A stretch of DNA of 36,700 nt, taken from positions 1 to 36,700 of the IMG/VR virus record IMGVR_UViG_3300025718_000124. One strand, 5' to 3'. The position numbers were made by a program, and so were the translations under genes. The notes beneath the pieces are model-generated. The model made no database searches. It was not told the origin of the DNA and saw only the letters and a program-made list of their open reading frames with translations. Origin of the DNA: a virus. Taxonomy: Duplodnaviria; Caudoviricetes. This document shows, in pieces, positions 25,146 to 35,072 of the stretch; within the stretch, counting starts at the first letter, position 1, and each line of letters starts with the position of its first letter.

Positions 25146-27337
25146 GTACAACAGTAGGGGCAGTAGATGTATTAGCAAATCTAAATACAGGAGCATTTAA
25201 TAATCAAATTAAAAACACAGTAAATGGTGCCTCTAATGCTTTTTCAACTGGTTTTGGTAAAATAGGTGGAATTATAGCAGGTGCATTTGCTATAGGTAAA
25301 ATAATAGATTTTGGTAAGACAACAGTATCTGTTGCAAGTCAAAGTCAGAATGCATTTATAGGATTAAATAGTATATTAACTGGACAAGGTAAAAGTTTTA
25401 GTGCAGCGAAATCATTTTTAAATGATTATATAGATGATGGATTAGTTCCATTACAAAATGCTGTAACATCATATAAAAACTTAGCTTCAAGGGGTTATAA
25501 TGATACACAAGTTATGGATACAATGACTAAGTTAAAAGATGCTGCATCTTTTGGTAGACAAGCATCTTATAGTTTAGGTGATGCAGTGCAGACTGCTACA
25601 GAAGGTTTAAAAAATGAGAATAGTATTCTTGTAGATAATGCAGGTGTTACAAAAAATGTATCTGTGATGTGGGCAGATTACGCAAAAAGTATAGGCGTAG
25701 GTGCAATGAGTTTAACAAAACAACAAAAAATACAAGCTGAAGTTAATGGAATAATGGAAGAAACTAAATTTCAAACTGGTGATGCTATTAAGTATTCACA
25801 AACATTTAGTGGATCAGTAGCACGAGTAGGAGCTACATTTACACAATTAAAAACATCCATTGGAAATGTAATAATACCAATAGCTCAATTATTTATACCA
25901 GTAGTTCAAAGTGCTACAAGTGGAATGGTAACATTTTTTAACACAGTTGGTTCTGTAATGGGCGCATTTGGACTTAAAGTAAGTACTCCAGTATCCAGTG
26001 CCAGTACAGATATGTCAAGTTTAGCAACCAATGCCACAGATGCAGGAAACGCAGTAGCTAAAGCAGGAAAACAAGCAAGTAAAGCAACAGCTCCATTTGA
26101 TGAAATAAGTAATATACAACTAGATAAAGATTCGTCTTCGGATAGTGGAAGTTCTACAGCAGGAGGTATATCAACACCGGTTGTAGATGCTACAGTAACA
26201 GATTCAATTAGTCCAAAAGTACAAGAAATGGTTAATAAAATAAATACATTTTTTAAACCTATTACAAATTCTTTTAATAGACTTAAAGAGTCATCTCAAC
26301 CGTTTATAGACAATGTAGGTGGTGGTTTAAAATGGGTATGGGACAATGTATTGGTACCTCTTGGAAGATGGACTATAAGTACAGCAATACCAACATTTTT
26401 AGATACTTTATCTAGTACATTTACAATATTAAATCCTTTATTAGATGGTTTTAAAGTTGTAGGTGGATGGCTATGGACTAACTTTTTACAACCTATAGCA
26501 GTTTGGACTGGTGGAGTCATTGTTAGTGTATTAACTGAAGTTGGAAATAAACTTAGTGACTTTGGTACATGGATGAATGAAAATCCATCTAAAGTACAAG
26601 ATTTCATAATAGTAATTGGTAGTTTTGCAGCTGCATGGGGATTAGTAAATCTAGTAGTAGGAATATGGAGTTTCGTAGCTGGAGTTGCAACAGGAGCAAC
26701 TACTGCATTTGGCGCAGCAGTAGCATTTTTAACTAGCCCATTTGGAATAGCAGTGATAATTATTGGAGGCTTAATTGCTGCAGGATTATTATTAGCTAAG
26801 AATTGGGATACAGTTAAAGCTATAGCTGGAAGCTTAGGTAATAGTTTAGGAATAATATTTGGTAATGTAGGCGTAATTATAGGAGTTATATTTAAAGGTA
26901 TAGTAAATACAATATCTACTGCAATAAATGCAGTAACTAGAATTTTAAATGTATTTATGGCTGGTATATTATTACCGTTCAATGCGATAATATGGGGACT
27001 AAATCAAATTCCAGGTGTATCAATACCCACTTTAAGTTTAAACATACCAAGAATACCTATGCTAGCACAAGGTGGTTTTGTACCTGCAAATAGTCCACAA
27101 CTAGCTATTGTTGGTGATAATAAACGTGAGGGTGAAATTATATCACCTGAGAGTAAAATGAAGCAGAGTTTTAAAGATGCCTTACTAGAAATGGGAGGAT
27201 CTGGCGGACAAAGTGGTCCAATAACTCTAATATTACAAACTATTTTAAATGGTAAGACAATAGCTAAAGAAATATTAGATGATTTAGATGCAGAGCTAAT
27301 AAGAAAAGGTTATAAAGGCCTATACCAAAGGGGGTAA
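25142..27337 (+). CDS. Tape measure protein
   Basis: 731 aa, Ala/Gly-rich, periodic W/F repeats, TM stretch, IP.LA.GG C-terminal motif. Confidence 0.9.
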   Translation: MSTTVGAVDVLANLNTGAFNNQIKNTVNGASNAFSTGFGKIGGIIAGAFAIGKIIDFGKTTVSVASQSQNAFIGLNSILTGQGKSFSAAKSFLNDYIDDGLVPLQNAVTSYKNLASRGYNDTQVMDTMTKLKDAASFGRQASYSLGDAVQTATEGLKNENSILVDNAGVTKNVSVMWADYAKSIGVGAMSLTKQQKIQAEVNGIMEETKFQTGDAIKYSQTFSGSVARVGATFTQLKTSIGNVIIPIAQLFIPVVQSATSGMVTFFNTVGSVMGAFGLKVSTPVSSASTDMSSLATNATDAGNAVAKAGKQASKATAPFDEISNIQLDKDSSSDSGSSTAGGISTPVVDATVTDSISPKVQEMVNKINTFFKPITNSFNRLKESSQPFIDNVGGGLKWVWDNVLVPLGRWTISTAIPTFLDTLSSTFTILNPLLDGFKVVGGWLWTNFLQPIAVWTGGVIVSVLTEVGNKLSDFGTWMNENPSKVQDFIIVIGSFAAAWGLVNLVVGIWSFVAGVATGATTAFGAAVAFLTSPFGIAVIIIGGLIAAGLLLAKNWDTVKAIAGSLGNSLGIIFGNVGVIIGVIFKGIVNTISTAINAVTRILNVFMAGILLPFNAIIWGLNQIPGVSIPTLSLNIPRIPMLAQGGFVPANSPQLAIVGDNKREGEIISPESKMKQSFKDALLEMGGSGGQSGPITLILQTILNGKTIAKEILDDLDAELIRKGYKGLYQRG

Positions 27338-27344
27338 GTAAAAT

Positions 27345-27752
27345 ATGGCACTAGTAGAAGTTGAAATAAATGGATCATGGGTAGCATTACCAAGTCCTGA
27401 TGTTGGAGCATATAATGCTTACCCAAATATAAGAGAAGATTCAAGTGAAAATGGTGTAGGTAGTTTGATAAGAAAAATAATAGGTATAAGATGGAAAATA
27501 GAGCAATCTTGGAGCCAGCTTACTGATGATGAATATCAACTACTTATGTCTTTAAAATATTTTTCGGAATTTAATTGTAAATTTTGGTGTCCAGCTACAA
27601 AGTCATTTTTAACTAAAAAAATGATGGCTGGAGATATAACAGGTAATGGAACAATACAAAATACTAATTATAATATAACTCAATATTCTGGTGGAAAACT
27701 AAATTTTGTTCAAACTAAAGCAGACAAGTTTAGAGAAGGTATTATATTATGA
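27345..27752 (+). CDS. Distal tail protein
   Basis: Size and position after the tape measure gene; ING...LP.P start. Confidence 0.65.
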   Translation: MALVEVEINGSWVALPSPDVGAYNAYPNIREDSSENGVGSLIRKIIGIRWKIEQSWSQLTDDEYQLLMSLKYFSEFNCKFWCPATKSFLTKKMMAGDITGNGTIQNTNYNITQYSGGKLNFVQTKADKFREGIIL

Positions 27753-29626
27753 TTGACATGGGCCAAGAATTTAAAAATTTAATGCAAATTACAAACGGGC
27801 AGGTAATATCTGCTCGTTTAAATATATTAAATTCGCCACAAATGGCTGATTACGGATTCTTAACTAATTCAATTGAACAATATTTAATAGATAATGGTTA
27901 TGCAACATTGAAATCTGATTCAGAATATTGGATTAGACAAATGAACAATTGTATAACAAATGAAACAGCACAATATGGAATCTTTGAGAGTGATGGCATA
28001 TCTTTAGATGGTAGTATAAAACTACTATCTAAAACAGCATCACAAAACGAAATGGGTTGGTATAGTTCTAGTTTATCAAACGGCATTGGAGTTTATTCAA
28101 CATATCCATATTTACAATGGAATTATGGAGTGGGTGCAATATCTAATTTTAATATAGTATTTTCTAAAATGAGAAATGAATATGCAGTTGATTTTGATAT
28201 TGTATTTGAAAATTACACAAGTGATTTTGAAAACATGGTTGATCCAGTTACTTATTTAATAACTGGAAATACAGAAACAATATATAAGTTAGCAAACGTA
28301 CCAGTTAGTATGGATATGGGAAGTAGTATTAAAATAATTGTAAAAAAATGGTCTGTGGCAAATGCTAGAGCCAAAATAATAGATTTATTCTTTGGTGAAA
28401 TGTTAATCTATACTGATGAAGAAATAGTATCTATAAATGGCAGTAAAGCAGTTGATTTGACTAATAATGATATAACTAGCAAGCAAATTGATTTTACAGT
28501 TCAGGATATGAATGGTGATTATAATATTTTTAACCCACAAGGTGGACTAGCAAATTTGAATAAAGCGTCTAGAGTAGCATTAGAATTAGGCCCAGTAACA
28601 GACAATGGAGATGTATTATTTTGCAAAATAGATGAGTATATTTTAGGCAAACCAAGGAAAAATAAGAATTCTTTAGAAGTTAGCTTGACTGGCTATGGTA
28701 GATTAAATTCATACAATAATATAAGTTTTGGAAATGGACATTATGATAAGTTTGATGCTGATTTAATATTAGAAAGTTTTTTTACTTATGACTTAAATTC
28801 ACATATGGCAGTATCAGAACAGATCAAAAATGAAGCATTAACATTTAGAACACAGTATGGAGATATTAGTGTGTCAGAAGCATTAAGACAAATTGCAACA
28901 GTAGTTAGAGGCAATGTAGTAGAAACAATAGATAATGACATATTAATTACTAGAATTATAGAAAAAACACCAGTTTCAATTATAACATTAGATAACATGT
29001 GGGACACACCAGACATAACAAAAATAGATAAACCAAAGAGTATAAATATAAAAACATATTATTCAACAGTAAAATCTACTAATACAGAATTATTCAGACA
29101 ATATTATGATAAACTAATTCCTGGAAATATGATGATGAATTATAATGTAGACCATACAAAAGGAGATTATCATATATATTTTTGGGTAGGGACAATGGCA
29201 GAAACAGAAGCATATGCAGTAATGTTTTTTGATAATTATGCACTATTTACTATATCTGGTCCATGGAATGATGAAATCGAAATGAATTTTAGAATAACAG
29301 GTAGTGTAGTAGAAATATCAAGTTCAGATAATAATTTTATTTTAGATATAAATGCAACTGATGCTGAAAATATAGATAATAAAAGTATCGAAACATCAGT
29401 TATAGCACAACAAGTTTTTGATTGGTTATCAATCAATTATAATAAAGAGTTTGAATATAAAGTAGAAATTCAAGATACATGTACTTATGAATTAGGCGAT
29501 ACAGTAACAATTGAAAGTAATATATATGTAAATGGTGTACAAGTTGTAAGAAATGCAATAATTACTGGTATAGATTTTGGATATGAAGGAAGTTTACATT
29601 ATATTTTAACTTTAAGGGGGGCTTGA
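27749..29626 (+). CDS. Baseplate hub/minor tail protein
   Basis: 625 aa; C-terminal ELGDTVTI motif; synteny. Confidence 0.7.
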   Translation: MIDMGQEFKNLMQITNGQVISARLNILNSPQMADYGFLTNSIEQYLIDNGYATLKSDSEYWIRQMNNCITNETAQYGIFESDGISLDGSIKLLSKTASQNEMGWYSSSLSNGIGVYSTYPYLQWNYGVGAISNFNIVFSKMRNEYAVDFDIVFENYTSDFENMVDPVTYLITGNTETIYKLANVPVSMDMGSSIKIIVKKWSVANARAKIIDLFFGEMLIYTDEEIVSINGSKAVDLTNNDITSKQIDFTVQDMNGDYNIFNPQGGLANLNKASRVALELGPVTDNGDVLFCKIDEYILGKPRKNKNSLEVSLTGYGRLNSYNNISFGNGHYDKFDADLILESFFTYDLNSHMAVSEQIKNEALTFRTQYGDISVSEALRQIATVVRGNVVETIDNDILITRIIEKTPVSIITLDNMWDTPDITKIDKPKSINIKTYYSTVKSTNTELFRQYYDKLIPGNMMMNYNVDHTKGDYHIYFWVGTMAETEAYAVMFFDNYALFTISGPWNDEIEMNFRITGSVVEISSSDNNFILDINATDAENIDNKSIETSVIAQQVFDWLSINYNKEFEYKVEIQDTCTYELGDTVTIESNIYVNGVQVVRNAIITGIDFGYEGSLHYILTLRGA

Positions 29627-29630
29627 TATT

Positions 29631-29993
29631 ATGCTTAAAACAAATTGGACAAGTGCGGAAAAAATAACATTTACACAATTAAATGCTTTAATAGATGATT
29701 TTTCAAATATGAGATTATCAATCATTGGAATAGATTTTTTATATACACCATATTCCATAGGAAAATTTTGGTTTTCAGAAGATTTAGAAAATTTTGAATC
29801 AGCAATAAATGAATTAGCAATTTCATTAAATATTCCATATATAAAAAAAGATTGGTATAACTTAACAGATATAAGTTACAAAGATATAAATAGATGGAGT
29901 TCAATGATAAATTCAGTTTCCGAAACATTATTCTTTTTATTATATACATCAACAAATACATATGCAAGTAGCAATACTTATATGACAAAGTAG
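29631..29993 (+). CDS. Minor tail protein
   Basis: KTNWT...LN and K.W...Y.DINRW repeats typical of baseplate proteins. Confidence 0.6.
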   Translation: MLKTNWTSAEKITFTQLNALIDDFSNMRLSIIGIDFLYTPYSIGKFWFSEDLENFESAINELAISLNIPYIKKDWYNLTDISYKDINRWSSMINSVSETLFFLLYTSTNTYASSNTYMTK

Positions 29994-30006
29994 TAGGAGG
30001 TTATTT

Positions 30007-30843
30007 ATGACTTGGATAGATAGGATTTTATTTAATCCTAAAAAATTATTATTAAAAAATATTACAACAGGAGCAATACAAGAATATGAAATACAACCAG
30101 ATTTATCAAATGTGCAAGTAGATGGCACACCAATTCAAGCTATCTCAATGAATGCAATAGAAAACAGATTAAATCTAGGTTGGATAGATTTACCATCATT
30201 AACATATTTAAGCACAGATGGACCGATGGTTACAGTCATAACAGCATCAGATTTAACAGGCATAGTATCTGTAGGTCAAAAATTTAGATATATACAAGGT
30301 GGAGTTACAAAATACGGTATAATACATGCAGTTACAGCAACAACACTTTTAATATATGGTGGTACAGACTATACATTAGCTAATTCTGCAATATCAAATC
30401 CATGTTTTAGTATGGTAAAATCTCCATTTGGATTTCCAATGAATCCTGACAAATGGACAATAACTGTAATATCAAGCGGAGGAACTAAAGCATCACCAAC
30501 ACAAAATACTTGGTATTATACCGAATTTGGTTCTGTAAATATTCCGTTACATATAGGAAGTTGGAATGTATCGTATCAATTGACACAAGGGTGCAATAGA
30601 AGCGCTTCAAGTGATTTAGATAATTTAACTGCCTTGTCTTTATCAAGTACAGCTCAAAGTGGTGGTATTTCAACAAGAATATACACAATAGGATTAAATA
30701 TAACATTAAATCAATTTGCTAATATACCAATTACAGTAACGGCAAAAACACTATATTATTTAATAGGAAAAACACAGATGTCTTCTGTTGCAGGTATAGC
30801 AATTCAAACAATCACACTAAAAGCAGTATGTGCTTATTTATAA
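30007..30843 (+). CDS. Tail fibre/receptor-binding protein
   Basis: W.DR...GTPI.A..MN.IE N-terminus; Thr/Ser-rich beta C-terminus. Confidence 0.7.
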   Translation: MTWIDRILFNPKKLLLKNITTGAIQEYEIQPDLSNVQVDGTPIQAISMNAIENRLNLGWIDLPSLTYLSTDGPMVTVITASDLTGIVSVGQKFRYIQGGVTKYGIIHAVTATTLLIYGGTDYTLANSAISNPCFSMVKSPFGFPMNPDKWTITVISSGGTKASPTQNTWYYTEFGSVNIPLHIGSWNVSYQLTQGCNRSASSDLDNLTALSLSSTAQSGGISTRIYTIGLNITLNQFANIPITVTAKTLYYLIGKTQMSSVAGIAIQTITLKAVCAYL

Positions 30844-30973
30844 TATAGTCTTTAGACTACCAAATAACAGATGTAAAATAACACGGACAAGCTAATCTAA
30901 AAGCCTTAAAACGGCGCATATGTCGTCGTTTTTTGTCATGTTTTATTAAGAAGTAATGGAAGGAATGATTTAA

Positions 30974-31642
30974 ATGAAAATAACACATTTACCATTTGAT
31001 GGGGAATTTAAAGTAACATGGCCATATGGAGCAATAGGAGATTTTGCGGGAACAAATGATAATAAACATCATGGTATTGACTTAGTAGGAATAACTAATA
31101 AAAATGTTTATGCAACTTGCGAAGGTGTAGTAGTTGCTGCAATGTTTGACAAAACTGGTTTTGGAAACTATGTAAAAATAATTGAAGATTCAACAGGATT
31201 AGCACATTATTTTGCACATTTAGAAAGTATAAGTGTAGTATTAAATCAAAGGGTAAAGTATACAACTAAACTTGGAGTTATGGGTGCAACTGGAAATGTA
31301 ACAGGACCTCATACGCACTATGAAATAAGACAGAATGGTGTTGCAATAAATCCTACACCTTATATGAGAATACCAAATGTTGAGGGCATATATAATGCTA
31401 AAAACTATTTAATTGACCTTAATCCGCCAGTTGCAGTTGCTCCAGCACAGCCTGCAGTATTAAAACATAAGGTTGGTGAATTGGTAAAATATTCAACAGC
31501 ATATAAGGAAGCAAATGGCACGAAATATTGCTCTTTAAATCCTTGGCAAAGACAATATATTAGTGCTATTACACCAGGAGCTAGACAACCATATAAACTT
31601 AGAAATGGTTGGTATGTTAATGATGGAGATATAAGAGGTTAA
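30974..31642 (+). CDS. Endolysin, M23 peptidase + C-terminal cell-wall-binding domain
   Basis: HHGIDL, FAHL, TGPHTHYE; Pro/Ala linker; SH3-like PY....GW.V end. Confidence 0.88.
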   Translation: MKITHLPFDGEFKVTWPYGAIGDFAGTNDNKHHGIDLVGITNKNVYATCEGVVVAAMFDKTGFGNYVKIIEDSTGLAHYFAHLESISVVLNQRVKYTTKLGVMGATGNVTGPHTHYEIRQNGVAINPTPYMRIPNVEGIYNAKNYLIDLNPPVAVAPAQPAVLKHKVGELVKYSTAYKEANGTKYCSLNPWQRQYISAITPGARQPYKLRNGWYVNDGDIRG

Positions 31643-31643
31643 T

Positions 31644-31668
31644 AAAGGCGGAGAATTAACTCCGCTTT
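31644..31668. terminator. Bidirectional terminator
   Basis: AAAGGCGGAG-AATTAA-CTCCGCTTT between convergent genes. Confidence 0.7.
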
Positions 31669-31673
31669 GTATG

Positions 31674-32570
31674 TTATTCATATATATCGTCTATTGTAAA
31701 TATATTATAATTCATAGTGTATTCATATCTTATAAATTCTACATCGCTTTTAGTAATCTTACAGTCTTTTAATAGTAGATGATATGTACCTGTTGTAGTT
31801 AGTTTAAAAATATTTTTAAATTCGATATTAGTTTCAATCCAAAGCGTGTCATATGATTTACTATGAATAAAATTTAATTGTTCATCTGTTAAAATACAAT
31901 TCATTGTTATGTAAGTATTGATATCATTCATAGGAACAGATTTAAAATCTGCGCAAAAATTTTCTGTTTTGATAGTATAAATACTTATTCCATTTGATAG
32001 AAATTCGAAATTTAAATATTTCAAGTGTACTCCTGAGGGAAAAATTGACGTAAAACTCTTTATATATATGTTTATAGATAATATTTTACTTGTATTTTCA
32101 TTAATATCGCTTTGTACTTTTAATAAATTGAATCTTTTAATAACAGATTCTTCATATAAGTTTTCTATTATATCTACATTTAGTGTCACTGGTAAAGAAT
32201 CATTAAATTCAACATGTGAATATAGTTTTGCTTTTCTTTCGATAGAAAATAATTCATTATTCTTCTTTTTTTCTTCATCAAGTAATTTATCTGTATTTTC
32301 TTTTTCAATTTTATTTCTTTTATCTCGTTTTTTACTTTCTATGATCGTAATAATTGTTACAACTACAGGTATAGCACATGTTCCAATAGCTGTTATCCAA
32401 TCTGTTAAATGTTCATATTTTAGAATTTTAATTATATTACTTTTATATTGGCAGAATATAAATAACAGAATCAGTAATATAAATATAATATATCTTATAA
32501 AAAGTTTTAAATATAATTTGGACATATCATCACCTGGTAATATTATACATATATATATTCTGAAAATCAA
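31674..32570 (-). CDS. Membrane-anchored hypothetical cargo protein (2 N-terminal TM; start probably 32525)
   Basis: TM, TDWITAIGT TM, charged coiled coil, then a soluble domain. Confidence 0.65.
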   Translation of the reverse strand: MIFRIYICIILPGDDMSKLYLKLFIRYIIFILLILLFIFCQYKSNIIKILKYEHLTDWITAIGTCAIPVVVTIITIIESKKRDKRNKIEKENTDKLLDEEKKKNNELFSIERKAKLYSHVEFNDSLPVTLNVDIIENLYEESVIKRFNLLKVQSDINENTSKILSINIYIKSFTSIFPSGVHLKYLNFEFLSNGISIYTIKTENFCADFKSVPMNDINTYITMNCILTDEQLNFIHSKSYDTLWIETNIEFKNIFKLTTTGTYHLLLKDCKITKSDVEFIRYEYTMNYNIFTIDDIYE

Positions 32571-32671
32571 GAAATAAGTTAAAATACTTAGAAATACATA
32601 TATTTATGTTGAAATACTATATAAACTATGATACAATTAAATCAAACAAGTGTTTGTTTTAGAAAGAAGGA

Positions 32672-33427
32672 ATGTACAATATGAATAGTTTTATATCATG
32701 GGTAGGAGGCAAAAAACTTTTACGAAAAGAAATATGTAATATGATACCTGACAAAATAGATAGATATATTGAAGTGTTTGGAGGTGCTGGTTGGGTATTA
32801 TTTAACAAAGAAAGGCATGCATCAATAGAAATATACAATGATTATAATTCAGAACTAGTGAATTTGTTTAGATGTGCTAAATTTCATACACCAGAACTTC
32901 AAAGAGAGTTAAAATATATTTTAAATTCAAGAGAAGTTTTTCAAAATTTTAGAGAAGAATATCAAGCTAAAGGTTTAACTGATATACAAAGAGCTGTTAG
33001 ATTTTTAATGATCGTAAAAACAAGTTATGGAAGCAAGACAACTACATTTGGAGGTAAACCTACTAATTTAAATAATTTGCCTGAATATTTAGAATTAGTT
33101 TCAGAGAGATTAAGTAGAGTAGCAATAGAAAATAAAGATTTTGAAGATTTGATAATTTCACAAGACAGAGAGAAATCATTATTTTATTTAGATCCTCCAT
33201 ATTATGAAACAGAAAATTATTATAAAAATGTTGAATTTAAAAGAGAAGATCATGAAAGATTATATAATTGCATAAGAAACATTAAAGGTAAATTTATATT
33301 AAGTTATAACGACTGTGAATACATTAGAGAATTATACAAAGACTATTGTATAAAAGAAGTTAGTAGATTTAACAATTTATCTTTTAAAGTAAAAGAATTT
33401 AAAGAACTAATAATAACAAATTATTAA
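32672..33427 (+). CDS. Orphan DNA adenine methyltransferase (Dam/D12 class)
   Basis: WVGGKK, YIEVFGGAG, YLDPPY, ELIITNY. Confidence 0.93.
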   Translation: MYNMNSFISWVGGKKLLRKEICNMIPDKIDRYIEVFGGAGWVLFNKERHASIEIYNDYNSELVNLFRCAKFHTPELQRELKYILNSREVFQNFREEYQAKGLTDIQRAVRFLMIVKTSYGSKTTTFGGKPTNLNNLPEYLELVSERLSRVAIENKDFEDLIISQDREKSLFYLDPPYYETENYYKNVEFKREDHERLYNCIRNIKGKFILSYNDCEYIRELYKDYCIKEVSRFNNLSFKVKEFKELIITNY

Positions 33428-33655
33428 TTTATTTTAATATTACAGCTATATTACATTTGTGTTAAAACAGTGTAAAAACGATAAAATATTTAGTTAAAAT
33501 TGATAAAAATACTTGCACTTATTGATTTTTTTTTTAATACAATATATAATACAGATAATAAAAATTATCATGACATGGGAAAGTTTGCTTGTTTTCATTG
33601 ACAAATTATGTAAACTGTGGTACAATATATCAATATAAAAAAGGAAGTGATTAAA

Positions 33656-34099
33656 ATGTTTAGTGTTTTTGACGTTGCAAATGAATTTTTGAGTATAAAT
33701 AGTGTAAGTCATAAAAAATTACAAAAATTATGTTATTATGCACAAGGTTGGAATTTAGGATTACTAGGTACTGAACTTTTTAACGAAGAAATACAAGCAT
33801 GGATACACGGTCCAGTATGTCCCACTTTATATAATAAATATAGAGGTTATGGTTATGAAGAAATACCTAAAGAAGAATCTAATAATACAGATGAAAATTT
33901 TAAAAGATCAATTGGACAAATATATAGAATTTATGAAGATTTAGATGGTGATGATTTAGAAGCGAAAACACATAATGAATTTCCATGGAAAAATGCCAGA
34001 CATGGATTACAATCTTGGGAATCATGTAATAGAGAAATAACAAAATTATCTATGAAGTTATATTTTAAAGAAGAGTTTAGTAAAATTGCAAGCGCTTAA
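33656..34099 (+). CDS. Panacea (DUF4065/SocA-like) antitoxin
   Basis: KLQKLCYYAQG, QAWIHGPV, TH.E.PW. Promoter TTGACA-17-TACAAT at 33598-33626. Confidence 0.9.
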   Translation: MFSVFDVANEFLSINSVSHKKLQKLCYYAQGWNLGLLGTELFNEEIQAWIHGPVCPTLYNKYRGYGYEEIPKEESNNTDENFKRSIGQIYRIYEDLDGDDLEAKTHNEFPWKNARHGLQSWESCNREITKLSMKLYFKEEFSKIASA

Positions 34100-34739
34100 T
34101 ATTAATGAGATACAAAAACTTACTAAATCACAAATAGAAAGCATAAAATCATATAGTTTGTTAGGTACAATTGAAAAAGAAAAGTCAGATAACACTAAAA
34201 ATAAGAAAATAGTGATATCATTTGTGTTTTTTGATAGAGATAATCCATTATTTAATTTAGGTGAAATACAAGATAGTTGGTACTTAGCTTTAATTGATTT
34301 GATTACAGATATATCAAAAATAACAAAATCTGAATTACGTAGTGGGGAATATAAAAACAGATACGATCCACACAATTATATAGATGACATAGAAAAATTA
34401 AATTATCTGCATCCTCTACTAATTGATGTACAAAGAGAAGCATGTCAAATCAGAATTACTAAAGGGAAAGGTAGAATACATGGATTTTTTATTGATAATA
34501 TATACTATATTGTATTTCTGGACAACCATCATAATATGTATGATAGCCCTCATTATGAAAAATCCCGAAAATTGATCCAACCAAAAACAGAATATGAAAT
34601 ATTAGAAGAAGATTATAATGAATTATGCAGTAATTTGGTCCTATCAAAACAAACTTATTTGAAAATTGATGAATTTATGTATAAAAATTGTATTGAATGT
34701 GAAAAAGGTGAAAAATTTATAAATGACATAAAAATTTAA
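34086..34739 (+). CDS. Putative cognate toxin (RelE-like fold + coiled tail)
   Basis: Overlaps the antitoxin stop; GRIHGF....YYIVFLD..H..Y motif. Confidence 0.65.
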   Translation: MQALNINEIQKLTKSQIESIKSYSLLGTIEKEKSDNTKNKKIVISFVFFDRDNPLFNLGEIQDSWYLALIDLITDISKITKSELRSGEYKNRYDPHNYIDDIEKLNYLHPLLIDVQREACQIRITKGKGRIHGFFIDNIYYIVFLDNHHNMYDSPHYEKSRKLIQPKTEYEILEEDYNELCSNLVLSKQTYLKIDEFMYKNCIECEKGEKFINDIKI

Positions 34740-34770
34740 AGAAGTGGAGATTAATTCTCTACTTCTTTTA
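34738..34770 (+). terminator. Terminator after TA operon
   Basis: AAAGAAGTGGAGA-TTAAT-TCTCTACTTCTTTT. Confidence 0.7.
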
Positions 34771-34884
34771 TGCTTCTTCCATTTCATGATATTTTATTAC
34801 TATTATTCTATAAAAGTTTTTTAAATAAGGACTTTTCAGTACAATATAACAACATATAATGAACATTAAAAAGTAGTGAAATTA

Positions 34885-34943
34885 GACTTAAAATCCTGCG
34901 ACCTTTAAAAGCCGTATCGGTTCGATTCCGATCATTCCCACCA
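34885..34943 (+). pseudogene. 3' half of tRNA-Leu(UAA), relic att site
   Basis: GACTTAAAATCCTGCG...CGT-ATCGG-TTCGATT-CCGAT-CATTCCC-ACCA; no D arm or 5' acceptor strand upstream. Confidence 0.85.
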
Positions 34944-34953
34944 GTAATGCCAG

Positions 34954-34988
34954 GCAGTTATACATATTTTGTATAACTGCTTCTTTTT
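34954..34988 (+). terminator. Terminator after tRNA fragment
   Basis: GCAGTTATACA-TATTT-TGTATAACTGC-TTCTTTTT. Confidence 0.8.
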
Positions 34989-35072
34989 GTTTTTATGACA
35001 ATTTCTAACATTTTTCTAACTAAATATTTATTTTGTTTGTTTTGTGTGATATAATAGTATAAGGTGATTTAG

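Noticed and set aside
16671-30706. Minus-strand and alternate-frame ORFs within structural genes (e.g. 26296-26982, 18443-18757, 19476-19769)
   Set aside because: Shadows of well-supported plus-strand genes.
32068-32577. 169-aa plus-strand ORF
   Set aside because: Antisense to the longer 298-aa ORF, with composition typical of a shadow frame.
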